Notes: a model not told the origin generated them from the letters alone. 64,000 bases of DNA from Octopus sinensis (GCF_006345805.1 NC_042997.1:7626001-7690000); one strand, 5' to 3'. Numbered from the stretch's first letter, positions 1-13,727 are shown. Program-made: numbers and translations.

Positions 1-958
1 AGACCCTACATAGGCAGTAACAAATTTGCCAACATCAGAAGAAACATTATGTGAAAAATGACTAACTGAAGTAGAGATTGACCAAATTTAACAAACAGTA
101 AGGGATAAAAAGAACGAAGCTGCAGCTAAAGAAGATACTTCAGAGGAAATAATTATAGACCAGCCCAGGGCTGATGAAACTGCAGTACTGATTGAAAGAG
201 TTAATGTAACTGATAGGCAAAGTGAAATACTCTCTGAAGCAAACACTAAGGCAGATGAAAATCAAGTAGATGAAGAAAGTCACACAGAAATTGACCCAAA
301 ATAACTACATGATCTAAAAATTAAATCATGATTAAATGGTTGAAAAGTAAAGAAACCAGAATCAATGAACATGATACTCTCCCAAAAATTCACAATTTTA
401 AATAAAAAAACCTCAATGTAATTGGCAACATCCGCCTTGCACTGAAGGATATAATTTCAGCTAGTGATGTTGATAACAGAGATCACAACCACCGAGAAAA
501 TCTCAACTATTCTATGTGGGGAAAATATTAGAAAACTACAACATTGAAACAAAAGCCTTCTTGGCAAGAGCGTATTCAATACAAATTAAGCTACTAAGGT
601 CTGACATAGAATGTTTGAAAAACCTTAAGTTTGACAATGCTATCAAACCTACAAAAAAATTTAAAGAAAAAATATAGTATGAAAACTATACTTGATTTCA
701 TGCCACCATAGAAAACATCAAACAAAATATATGTGCTAAAGCTGGCCGCATAGCAAGGTATGAAAAGCACGTTAGATTCTTCAAGGACACCGTGTTCAAA
801 AATAACCCTAAACATTTTTAGAGGAAGATAGGAAGAACACCAGTTGCAGTAATGTCTGTCCCATCAAAAGAAGAAATACAGGAATTTTGAAATACAATTT
901 GGGCAGAAAAAAAAAACATAATGAAAAGACCCCTTGGATTGGAAACAAAATCAACAAA
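1..958 (+). mobile_element. Decayed R4/Dong-clade non-LTR retrotransposon, N-terminal (pre-RT) part
   Basis: Translation across stops and frameshifts gives RPYIGSNKFANIRRNI, then FKNNPKHF and PSKEEIQEF*NTIWAEK..HNEKTPWI. This matches the R4-type pre-RT pattern F.NN.K.FY and P..EE...FW..IW....HN...W. The fragment ends at a (TAG)n tract. Confidence 0.65.
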
Positions 959-960
959 AG

Positions 961-963
961 TAG

Positions 964-1000
<37 letters not shown>

Positions 1001-1147
1001 CTGTAGTAGTAGTAGTAGTAGTAGTAGCAGCAGTAGTCTTAGTAGTAGTAGTAGTAGCAGTAGTAGTAGTAGTAGTAGTAGTAGTAGAAGTAGTTCTAGT
1101 AGTAACAACAACAGTAATGATAATAATAATAACAACAGCAACAACAA
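961..1147. repeat. Compound (TAG)n/(CAG)/(AAT/AAC) microsatellite
   Basis: Directly visible. It is the source of the spurious poly-Ser and poly-Leu ORFs. Confidence 0.95.
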
Positions 1148-2789
1148 ATTTTGTCGCTTTACATTCAAACTACGATTTCCCAGCATTGCATATATTTTAC
1201 CTCTTGTATTAAGCAACCTTGCCCACATACACGCATTATATTTTGCAATACACTTTTAAAAAAATAGTATATATTTATGCATATATATATGTGTGTGTGT
1301 ATTATAAACGACTTAAACCCTTTCCATTTAGAGATTAGAAAGTAAATTTATTGCCGTAAAATGTATGTTTCTAATGTTTTTTTTTACCAACTAAGGTGAT
1401 ACCTCAGTTATTACTTGTTTAATTATCCCTGCATGTATTCATGCAGTAATGTTGTCTCCAATTCAATAAACAACAATCTTGTTTACATCTTTGCTAATAA
1501 ACAAATTGCATCTATTTTACAAATAACAATCGCGATTGTTCATTATAAATTATATTTGTGCCTAGAGCCACTATATTAAGGAATCATTTTATACTTGTGA
1601 TACTCAGCTGGAAGTCGGAAATATAAATCCTGTATCAGGTTTTATTGTTTCATTTCATACTTAAGGAGATTATATTATTGAATTGTTTTGCACGTTGTAA
1701 TTTGATTTCAATTTAATTTTCTATATTACAATTTGTGTCATTAGTCTCATGAATAATATTCAAGTCTGTTAACAGCTACCAGTTAGTTCCAACTTGATCA
1801 GAATGCTATTGTTGACTAAGAAAAAATAGGACCCAGGTAAAACTCGTGTAGAAGGAATAAGCATTTCATTGGGAAATCTGTATTATTAGTAGTAGTAGTA
1901 GTTGTAGTAGTAGAGCTAGAAAGAAATTTATTCACCTGTTTTTGTTTTCGTCCAGTGCCTCAGCTGTGTTGATTGTAGTAACTCTCTCCATGGTGCATTT
2001 AATTTTCAGTCGAAACTTATAACATGTTCCTTTTGAATTTTGTTTTATTTCTTTGCAAGCATTGGTAGCAACTCAAAGCGAATTGGGAATATATTCCCAG
2101 TAAACTACGCAGTACAAATGATACATTTTCAGTAAGTTTTATAAAACGAATTAACACACGCGTTACGATACGTGTGCCTAATGATGTTATTCATAGGCGA
2201 CATAGCATTTTCCATTACAATTATACGTATGATTTATGTCTTAAAGTGAACCTCTGATAGAGTTAGCTGTCGTGTTTACCTCAAATGAAATCCTGCTGGC
2301 CGGAAGAAATGAGTATAACCCGTAAATTACAGTCCTAGGTAAACAGAAAATATGGCGTAGTCATATCTTAAATGACGATCAAATCACATTTAAGCAAGAA
2401 AGATTGACTTGAGGCCACACGAATACAATATTAATTATTTTCATTGGCATTGTCTTGTCAGTATCATTTAGATGAACAATTTTTGGTTATCTGGATATCT
2501 AATCGTTTGACAATGTCGTATTGTTCATATGTCACTTAAGCAAAGTATACTTGGAAAAACGCGTTTTTTCCACCAACCACGTTATGTCTGCTATATTGGA
2601 TTATATTATCATGCCAGGTAATCTGCGGTGATTTTATAAATGTTAGATGTCCCCTACATTGTTTATAATTCGTTTATAATTTTGTCTGCATATAGAAAAC
2701 TGTATGATTTTAATGTGTGATGATCGAAGTAAGAGCATTATACCATGGAATAGAAATGATATTAAATAAATCAAAATAATGTTTCTTTA

Positions 2790-3365
2790 AGCGTGGGCCA
2801 CCATCTTGAAATTGAACACAGGAAGTGATTGTCTTATTGCTGATAGAATACAGTATCACAAAGGCATATTCCAAGAGGTCAGCCTCTCTATGATGTTGTT
2901 TATACTTTCTGGGAACCTCTTGTTAAGTATGTTAAGAAGTCTGAAGGAAATCTCACTGGTTCACAAGGAAACACAAATACAAAACTTACACATTGTTTCT
3001 TTGTGGATGACTTGAAATCATATGCAAACAAATGCATGAAATGAAAATTAGCCTTGACCTGGCTCTTTTACCTGGTTACCGTGACCCGTTTACAATATTC
3101 TCCAAGGATACAGGGGGTGCAGCTTGGTCAGGATAAATGTTGCTATATGGTTGAGAAAAGAGAGTAAACTGTAAAGCAGACTAGCAACACATCCATCAAC
3201 GACTAGACTGTTTCACCTATATCCGATGAGAAATTGTTACAGGTATCGAGGGGTGGATGAAAACATAGCACCAGAAACAAAATACGAATCATTAACGAAT
3301 ATTACAGTCCAATAAAGAAACTTTATACCTCAGAAATCTCTGCATTCAATAAAATACATGCACAA
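2790..3365 (+). mobile_element. Decayed R4/Dong-clade reverse transcriptase fragment
   Basis: KGIFQEVSLSMMLFILSGNLL matches RGIFQGDSLSPLLF, THCFFVDDLKSYA matches the F.DD catalytic motif, and FSKDTGVQLGQDKC follows. Multiple frameshifts. Confidence 0.8.
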
Positions 3366-5412
3366 ATACTTACATACATAGTTATACACACTTTTATACC
3401 TGAATAAAAATATTTTTGTCCAAAATGTTTAACTCTATGTAATATTATTAACCGAATTAGCAAAGAAATTTGGACCAAATTCTTTTGCAACAATTTTGTC
3501 TAATCACTTTCAATGTGGGTAAAGATCTTAGGGTCTATTGGTTTTGCTGCTAGTAAAAATTGTTTATTATGTTTTAGGAAATCAAATTTGGGACCCGTTT
3601 ACGATATTAGTCACTTCACCTTAAATGTAGGTGCTTACAAATATTTCTTTATATTAGCTTTTATTCGGTGAATCTGAAAATCACAATATCACAACTGATG
3701 TTCCTATAATCATTTTCCCATTTACTTCACTAACATTGCACGTGAAAAGTAGGAATCTTATCAAACCTATTTCATGGTTAATCTAAATCAATAGCATTGT
3801 TCATCCACTGATGGAAATGATTTAACATACATGGTTGAACGATTACATTAGTTAAAATAAATATTTACTATATGATGAACATACATTTTGAGATGATTTC
3901 GTTGGTGATGACTTCAACAATATCCATGAAATTGTTTTGGATGCTGTTCCAGCGTCAATTTCTTTTCGTGTGGCTAACAATGATGTTTACCTCATATCCA
4001 ATAGGTATTGCAAAAATATACTTGAAATTCGAAACTGTATTATTACTGAATAACGCTGTAGCTTAAGATTTCGTATTTATATCATTAGGTCTAGTAAGCA
4101 GGAAAATGAATTGTTATTTAATAAAAATAACTACAATTATTATGTTGTAATTACCGTTGGAGTCGGAAATTGTAGAAAGGGACGGAAGCAAGTGACCTAT
4201 TTTTGTCTAGTCAATTCTTATGGATCTTCCTTGCAATCCAAAGAAGTTGAGTATTTGTGGTTACTTTTCAATTGTGCTGGTGGCTTTTCTTAAATCCAAG
4301 CTCAACTACGATCCAAGAAACATATGATCAGAGTTAATCCAACTATCATCACATTTGTTTTTATCTATTTTTAGGTTTGTTGAGAAATGTTCTTAGGTAT
4401 TCGCTGTTTAATAATGATAGTGTTTGAATTAACTGGAATTTGATTACTTTTTCTAGCATAAGTGAACCATAAGTGAACCATCGCATAAGTGAAACTTATA
4501 TCAATAAAAGCATCTAATGTAAATCCATCGAATCATTTTTTATTCCTTTTCACATATATAGGATTCACTTGCAGCTTGCAATCTTCATGTGGTATAAGTT
4601 TACTGTGAATTTAGTGATGATATTATTGGCGGACTGAGACTGTAAAAAATAAACGTAGTAGCAATTGACAGAACAGCAGGTTATTAATGGCAAATATGAA
4701 AGACTGTACGCTTTTAGTCAGCTGTATCCGTCATAATGTGTATGAAAGTGTTTCAATATATAAAATTAATTTACTTCTACTTTTTTCCATAGTTTATTTC
4801 AAGCACAAAATTCAACATTTATGTATAGATTTATAGATGCATAAATACACGTTAGCATATGCAGACTCTCGCACATACAAATACACAGTTTATACATATA
4901 CACACATGCATTAGGTATGCGTGACTGTGTTTAACTTGTGTGTATAGGAAGAGCGTCAGATGCAGTAAATGTTTAAACGGTTGTTAATTTTTTATTCCTC
5001 TGGCTAAATCAAATATGTATTATGACGTATATAGATTTAAAAAGAGAATTCCAGTGGTATGTAATACGTTTTTGCTTTCGTTTCTACCCCCCTCCTCTCT
5101 CTCTCTCTCCTTCTCTTTCTCTCTCGCTTTCTCTCAAAACACACACAAACACACATAAAGGTATTTATATTCCGCTGAAAGGCCACTGGTATTAAATAGT
5201 GTTAAACACTTACAGTATGCAAATTAGTTGCTATTGAACTTCATTAGTATAAAAACAAATTGGCTGCTTGTTGCTCTGAGATTGGCCAAATTGATTCGGA
5301 GACCTCAGATTTGAACCCAATGAGGTTCGAAAATCGATTAAGTCTGTTCATTATTCAATTCAGTCTACGAAAAATAGGTATATATATATATATATATACG
5401 CACATATATATA

Positions 5413-5475
<63 letters not shown>

Positions 5476-5479
<4 letters not shown>

Positions 5480-5846
5480 CAATAAAGGGTTTAGCAACGA
5501 ATTGCCTTACCACATACCGAATTTAGAAATAGCAGTCAAAGAGTTATAGCTATTTCTTCTACTAAAAAGGGAGATCTCAGTAAAAACAGCAATTGGAAGG
5601 CAGACACAAACCTCTGCCTTCCAATTGCTGTTTTTACTGAGATCTCCCTTTTTAGTAGAAGAAATAGCTATAACTCTTTGACTGCTATTTCTAAATTCGG
5701 TATGTGGTAAGGCAATTCGTTGCTAAACCCTTTATTGCTTAGTATTACTTAAATTTTCCTCGAATGAGGCTTTTACATGCCGAAGACTACTTGGTGTAAT
5801 TGATAATTATTCCAAATTAATTAATTTCACCCTTCATTATTACGGA

Positions 5847-5852
<6 letters not shown>
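5476..5852. mobile_element. Fold-back insertion in (TA)n with a perfect 129-bp inverted repeat, probably derived from a PLE pseudo-LTR
   Basis: Arms 5476-5604 and 5613-5741 are exact reverse complements around the loop CACAAACC. About 110 bp of tail follows, and (TA)n lies on both sides. Confidence 0.6.
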
Positions 5853-5889
<37 letters not shown>

Positions 5890-7507
5890 GAAATCTAAGA
5901 CAGAAGACAAACAAAAGTACAACGCGAGGACGTGGTACATGTAAAGCATTAGTAGACGCTCAAAGAAGGAATAATATATATAAATATACATGCATGTACG
6001 TATGTATGTATGTATGTATGTATGTATGCATTTATGTATGTATGTATGTATGTATGTATGAATGTATGTATGTATGTATGTACACATATGTATTATATGT
6101 ACGAAGAGTATCCAATTTAAATTGTGTGGATTAAAAATAATAATATAAACTGATGACTGGTATAGTGAATAATCATTAAAATATCGTCATTTGTAAAGAG
6201 ATAAAAGTCTCTTATGTATGTGTGACTATATATTTAAAATAAAAGGAAAAAAACATCTGGTAAACAGAATCTATATTTTACAGCTTGGCGAATCGAATGC
6301 CGATGCTGCATTCCACCAAGTCACACAAGATGCATTCTATATATTTGCCAGCAAATAATATATATTGAGATCTGAAGCACATACTTTGCAACCGATACCA
6401 CTCCATAATTCATTGTCTCAATCACGAACTCGACAATTACTGTTTATTTTAATAAAGAAAATAAACTAAAGAAATAGGTTTTGGGACTTGCAAAGGAAAG
6501 TTAGAAACAGAACACTTGCGCAACAGGAAGTTCGCAAAAGTGTTACCCGTGGAATAAAGAGAATAAGACTAATATCTGGTTAGACGGAATATGACTTACA
6601 ACTTTGTCTTCGCTGTTTGTTTCCTTTTTCGGGTGAGTGATAATATACTCTTCTCTCTAATATCACTTCTTTGTGCCTGTCTTACTTTAGCGCATTTTGT
6701 ATATCTTCTGTTAAATATTAGGACCATGCCTCTCGTTTGAGAAATGTCATCCCTTCCAACTAGCAGAGGTGGAGGCTACATCAAAGGAAGCAGAATGATA
6801 GTGTTACCATTTCCTCCTTGACTGGTCACTGGAAATACAGACGACAATTACTTTGCTATTGGTAACCAGTAGCCAACGGTATTACGCACATAGGAAAAAT
6901 ACCTCAGAGTGAAATATTAACATATCAATATTTTTTTCCCTAGCTTTGAGAATAGCAACACGTGTAATAAGGAAAACTGCTCTAGAATTCTATTGTCAAA
7001 ATAGAAAAATTCTCATTTGTAGAGACGCGTTATATAAAGACAAGATTGTTCAGAGTTTTAACCAAATAACAAAAATTGAGTAAAATATTGTACAAAGCCG
7101 CCTTGGGAAGTAAATTAAATAAAACTGAAAAGTACTATCAGGTAAAGTCTATTGACTGCGAGTATTATACACAAATGAAAAGTGCATGATTAGGAATTAC
7201 GGGAAGCTTAACTCACAAAAAGATGAAATGGATAAGGAATTAGAGACGTGTATTGCAGAAGAGGCAGACAACATATACCGTGAAATAAGATAATAGTTAT
7301 GTAGTTTCTTGTAATACACTTTTCTAATTTCACATTCACGTCAGTATTTTGCAACTTAAATGTTTCTCATAATTCGTGTGTATGCGTCCTCTCCGATGTT
7401 ACATAATTCTCTTATTCAATATATACCTCTGGCTTTGTCTACGTGACTATGTATGTATGTGTGCATGCCTGTATCTATCTTCCTATCTATCCAGTTATCT
7501 ATATCAG

Positions 7508-8085
<578 letters not shown>

Positions 8086-8135
8086 ATACGTGTGTGTGTG
8101 TGTGTGTTATAATAGAATATGAAGCATTGTGTGGA

Positions 8136-8421
8136 ATATATTGTATAAAGGATTGTGGGCAAGGCCAAAACAATTCAAAGTAAATGCAAGAATAATCCCA
8201 AGAAAACAAATATATGAATTAATGTAGACTTACCTTACATTCAATATTTCGGGGTTAGGACCCCATTTTCAAGAAACTGAAGAATGTTGGCGATGCTCAT
8301 GTGTGTGGAGTGGACATGTCATCACCACAGACACTCACACATATTAATCTATATATTTGTTTTCTTGGGATTTACCTTGCATTTACTTTGCATTGTTCTG
8401 GCCTCACCAACGATCCTTTAT

Positions 8422-8430
<9 letters not shown>
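8136..8430. repeat. Imperfect inverted repeat (~90-bp arms) enclosing the hammerhead-like motif
   Basis: 8136-8223 (atattgtataaaggat...cccaagaaaacaaatatat) is the reverse complement of 8343-8430. Microsatellites flank it. Confidence 0.85.
8240..8275 (-). ncRNA. Candidate minimal type I hammerhead ribozyme, U3-A8 core variant
   Basis: Minus strand reads ttc-TTGAAAA-t-GGGG-tcctaa-CCCC-GAAA-TA-TT-gaa. Stem I is ttc/gaa, stem II has 4 G-C pairs, and stem III is minimal and palindromic. Confidence 0.55.
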
Positions 8431-8470
<40 letters not shown>

Positions 8471-11218
8471 CAAGGAAAAGTGCGGACGCATGCATGTTCA
8501 TATTCTTAAGTTATTACACCTGGAAAAGTACAGAAGAAGACACCTACAGTAGTATTTACCTAATTCGTCACCTCTCAAGGACACTAAAAGGTATTTAAAA
8601 TTAAATTCTACAGTACTTAAAATATTGCAATGGAGAATAACATTTTAAAATTTACTATATTTTATTAAACTAAAATTATAAAAAATTACTGGATTTTTGT
8701 TTTACAAAAGTAAGACCATCCGATTTTAAGCCTATGGGCTTATATTCAGAAACTATTTTCATGTATAGCGCCAGTAATTTTATTACTTAAAAAAAAGAAA
8801 TTATTAAATCAAAATTATTTAAGTCTGTATTTCAGTCGATTTCAGGCGTTAATCCCTGTCTGTGACATTACATATTTGACTGAAGTGTAGCTTATAGCTT
8901 ACCAAATCTACAAATATGGACATCATCTAATTTCATTACAAACGAAGATAGTGACAAAGTGTAGAAGTGGTTGTAAGTGAGTAAATGTTGACTTAAAGGA
9001 TATTATTCACACACATTAGTATGTGAATGGTATTTTTTGTAAAGATTAGTACCATGACATTCATCGTAATGAGTTCTATGATATGAGGTTAAAAACATAA
9101 TTTAGGTTTTGAATTTGATTTTAGGCATTACCAACGTTTTCAGCATATTTGACCCCAGTGGGTCATTTCATTTTAAAATATGATTTGATATAATTGGGAT
9201 CATCGTATTCCTTTAGTGTTGAATTTAAATATATTTTTCTTTTTAAACAAGAATATTATTGGCAATAAATAATCTACTTCAGGCGCCATTTTTCTTTTTT
9301 GTTACACATTTTAACCACAGTACTTTTTCCTACTGAATATTTCCGTATATAAATAGCATGATTATAATCCTTTCGTCGAGATCTATCACATAAGCTAAAA
9401 TAAAATATAGATTTATTTACAGAAAAATAAAATTTGGACTCAAAATCGATTTCAGGCGTTAATCTCCCATTTTTGACCGCAGGTATTTTGCTGAAACGTT
9501 TTTACTCTCAAAGTAATTTTCAAATTTTGTACCTGAAAATGTAGCTTAGAATGGGACCAACCTAAAAAGATGAACATCATCTAACATGGTTAAAAGCTGA
9601 GTTAGTGACAAAGCCTAGAATTGGTCACGATATCGTATTGGATGTGACGAACCGTCTTTCCAGAGTCCTGAGTACGGACTTGTGGTTTTACAGGTACCGT
9701 TTCAAGGCCATCCCGGTTGATCTGATATATTTTCAAAGTTGGGTGTGGGTTGAGCTCACATTACTGATGCATCTTCCATTGGCAACATACCTGGAGCTGT
9801 TGTTTTTGCCCCCGGTGTTGCTGTGAAATTGGCGCTACTGTCCCCGATGGTGATGTGGGTACCGTCTCTCGTAATATTGGGCGTGGGGCCAGTAGCTGGT
9901 ATCAGAGTGGTCGTCATCTCCAGCTACTGCTAGTGATAGGGTCGTAGGTGTCAGTGATGGTGTTTCTGTCGCTGTCACACTTACTAAAACCATCGAAATT
10001 GTTGGATGATTTGTTGTTGTTTTACTATGGTCACTTGGTTTTCTTATCACTACAGTCTCATATATATGTGTGTATCTGTCTGTATACACATATGTATGCA
10101 TATATATATATATACATCTCTGCATATACTTCCCCAGAAAACATAAACAGCCATGAAATATAATGTAGAATTTAAATAAAGTGTAATATACTGGATACAA
10201 GTGTAAGCAAAATAGTACATTGCAAGTGATACTGCGCCAAAGTGTTTTTGTAGAATCAGAAGCAAATTGTAGATATGTGCATTACACATCACGTAGACAA
10301 CATTACCAGAAAGCTAATGAGAATGGTTTAAATCAATATAAGTTGAATCTCTTCTAATCAAAACCCAAACTTCAATACGAAGAAATATACATATAAATAT
10401 TTGTATTAAAATAATTTTGGATGGTATGTGTCTATTAAATACAATAATAAAAAAGAAAAGAACCCTAGAAAGGATTCATAATATAGACGAAACTTTATAA
10501 TGTGACTACATTAATTAGAAAAGTCATTAGAAATAATCAATGAATCTGCAAAAACGTGATTGATGTTAAAAGGACACAATTTGTGTGCAAACGTAGGTAA
10601 ATAAAAAAAGTGCTACAAAATCTAAACTTACATTCTATCGCAAAAAAGCCGAGTACGCATAAAAGAAATGGAGTAAACAAATGACAACGCATAACATCTT
10701 ACATATAACAAAAATAGGGCAAACACATATACTCCTAAAGCATATGCACAGGCATACACATAGACACGAGAAGTGACAGAAGTGATTGGCAATATATTTA
10801 TATATACTTCACTAAATAAAGCCAGTCTTGTTGACAGCCCATGAAAATTAAATGTTCATCAAATAGGTAAAAATGTTGGAACAGGCAACAAAATAACATT
10901 GCTGAGTTAAGATTTTTTTTTCCTTTCTTCTTCAATCTCTTTCTATTCTTTGTTACTTTGTGCTTGCTTCGGAGATTTTCTGACTTCTAAAAATTTTTAA
11001 ACTGTTAATGTCAAGAACTATTCTACACGCTGAGAAATTTTAGTTAGATTGATACCTCATTGTACAGTAAATATGTCAGCAAGAGTAAATGTAGAATAGT
11101 TTTCAAATAACCTTAATTTACAAACACTGATAAAAGTAATAATAATATGACTTACATACTCAAACAACCTATGCATTATATATATTTACCACATATAGGC
11201 GCAGGCGTGGTTGCATAT

Positions 11219-11288
<70 letters not shown>

Positions 11289-11440
11289 ATAGATATGTGC
11301 CAGCACGCCCATTGTTTCCTAACTTCGTAAAGTTTTCATTTTCATTGTATGTTCATTGGATTCATTCGGGTAGGCCGAAGGAAAATATTCCTCTTCATTA
11401 ATGTATAACAACGTGGAAGAAACAGACGAAAGGTTTCCTG

Positions 11441-11975
11441 TCTAAAGGATTACACAAAAGACTTTTTGCAGAATATTTCACGAGAATACCTACAAAAGGA
11501 TTGCTGAGCGTCATTGTAAAATTTTAAACAATATTTGCAATAAGATTTATGAAATATATTTTAAATATCTTAAAATACATTAATATTTTGGTAATTGTTA
11601 TCATATTTTAACATTTCATCTCCCTCTCTCTATATATATATATTTATACATGTATATATACACACACACACACATATATATGTATATATATATATAATAT
11701 AATATATAATATATGTGTGTGTGCTTGTATGCCTGTATGCTTATGCAAAATGAAAAAGAGAGGGAGATGAAATATTAAAATATGATAACAATTACCAAAA
11801 TATTAATGTATTTTAAGATATTTAAAATATATTTCATAAATCCTATTGCAAATATTGTTTAAAACTTTACAATGGCCATATTATAGCCGCTTTTGAAATC
11901 AATGACGCTCAGCATTCCTTTTGTAGGTATTCCCGTGAAATATTCGTCAAAAAGTCTTTTGTGTAATCCTTTAGA
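11441..11975. repeat. Inverted repeat (~190/220-bp arms) around a TA/CA microsatellite spacer
   Basis: 11441-11629 and 11757-11975 are near-identical reverse complements. The right arm has a ~30-bp block that is absent from the left arm. No TSD was seen. Confidence 0.9.
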
Positions 11976-12653
11976 TACGAAATAAGTAGGAGTTATTATA
12001 GTTTTACTCAAGGTTACGTAATTATTATTTCCTATTTGTGTGCTTATTGTGTGTTTAATATTTTGTGTGCATACGGTTACGAAAATAATTAAGAGACGGT
12101 TAAATGTTTCTATTAATTTTCTAAAGAATTACTTTTTGATAAATCCAAGAGGATTTTCAAATAATGAAAATTATGTGCGAGATAAAAGTTTTGGGTTTAC
12201 TCCTCTTATGAAAATATAGAATCAATTGTCGCGAACTTTTAAGTCTTATCCAAAATTTATTGCTTTTCAAGTATTTTCTTTAATATTTCCAGTACGTCGT
12301 TTTATGCTTGCCTTCGTTTTGGCTAATTACAATTTATTTTCGCTTTGTAATTTGACATTAATATAACATTCCATTATGTTACCGCTATACTGCACCCAAT
12401 ACCTATGTTTGAATCCAGAAATCGCGAAGTCGGTTTCTAATGTTATTCATTGAATAATATACCATCCTATTAATTAATCGATTTTACTAAAATGTCTATA
12501 CATATATTTTATGCGTTTATGGTAATCTTATTACTCGTGGATTTTGTTGCATAAGCACCAAACAAGAGCATTACTCTTCGACTTGGTCTTGTGTAGAATT
12601 TGATTTTTACCTGCTATTATTCTTTAGGGAGTAAATTATTCTTTAGGGAGTAC

Positions 12654-12767
12654 AACTCATAAATGAGGCAGAGTTAACTCATAAAAGAGGCAGAGTTAAC
12701 TCATAAATGAGGCAGAGTTAACTCATAAATGAGGCAGTGTTAACTCATAAATGAGGCAGAGTTAACT
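12654..12767. repeat. 22-bp minisatellite, about 5 units (AACTCATAAATGAGGCAGAGTT)
   Basis: Directly visible. It is preceded by a 19-bp duplication ATTATTCTTTAGGGAGTA(A) at 12616-12652. Confidence 0.95.
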
Positions 12768-13707
12768 ATAGTCTACAACATACATTAGCAGTTCTTCCTG
12801 TGTTGCACTTTATAAATAGTCCATTCTTGGATTTTCCTAAAGGAAAGTTTCATTACAACCAGTGATTGCGGATATGTATTCGACTATTTTCCAGTAAATG
12901 TCTTTAGTTTTCTTTCCGTCTTTTTTTCTACATTTATTTTATATTCCTGAAGCTCAGATTTCTATGGAAATTGCTCTTCAGTTTACGACACAGCTCATAG
13001 CCATCTGAATCTTGGGATATAATAATTAGGTATTATCTCTATATTCATATATTTGGATTATAATTATTATTTTAGCAGACTTGTTTTTCGCATCACCGTT
13101 GTCTGAAATTAATTGGCTTGTTTGAATGTGGCAAGCAGGTGTTTGTATCATTTGTATTTCAGTCTTATTTGGATTAGAATTTCATTGCCGTTTATTGGAT
13201 AATTTCATAGAAGTAAATGGGCATTTTATAACAATATTGTAGACACATGAGGTACAATCCTCATACAACTCTCATAAATATTATGTTCCAATAAATTCAA
13301 ATTATTTACTTCGATTTTATTGTTTTAATTTATTATCAACAACAGATTATCATAACATATTCCAAGTGCAGCAACCAAATTAATACTTTTGATCTTAGTT
13401 TGCTCTTAACTTTAAATTAAGGACAATCTATAATTATCTATAATTAAGGAGTAATTTATAATTAACCTAATTTTTCTTTGTATTTTGGTTCGTTGCAGTC
13501 TGCCATGGGAAGAGATTTTCAAACATAGACAACGCACTAATTCAAAAATTTCTTATCTCACATTCGAATGTTGCTTGGTATTTATTATTATTATCATTAT
13601 TTTCTTCATCATAGTCCTTCAATCCTGCTTCCATTACTTGCCGAGTGTTTTCTTCAGAACTTTGGCAGAGAGATACACTCTATTATTTTAGTCGTTGTTG
13701 TTGCCGT

Positions 13708-13727
13708 TATTATTATTATTATTATTA

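Noticed and set aside
818-1259. Poly-Leu and poly-Ser ORFs
   Set aside because: They are translations of the (TAG)n microsatellite.
6720-6845. Possible host exon after a minus-strand acceptor (gtatttccag)
   Set aside because: All three frames hit stop codons within about 50 nt, and there is no recognisable protein.
8225-8285. Minus-strand micro-exon (ttcttcag...AAG|GTAAGT)
   Set aside because: The splice-like signals are good, but it lies inside an inverted-repeat module, overlaps the hammerhead motif and has no partner exons. It cannot be supported without RNA-seq.
12654-12767. CRISPR-like array of palindromic repeats
   Set aside because: The units are contiguous with no unique spacers, there are no cas genes, and the context is eukaryotic.
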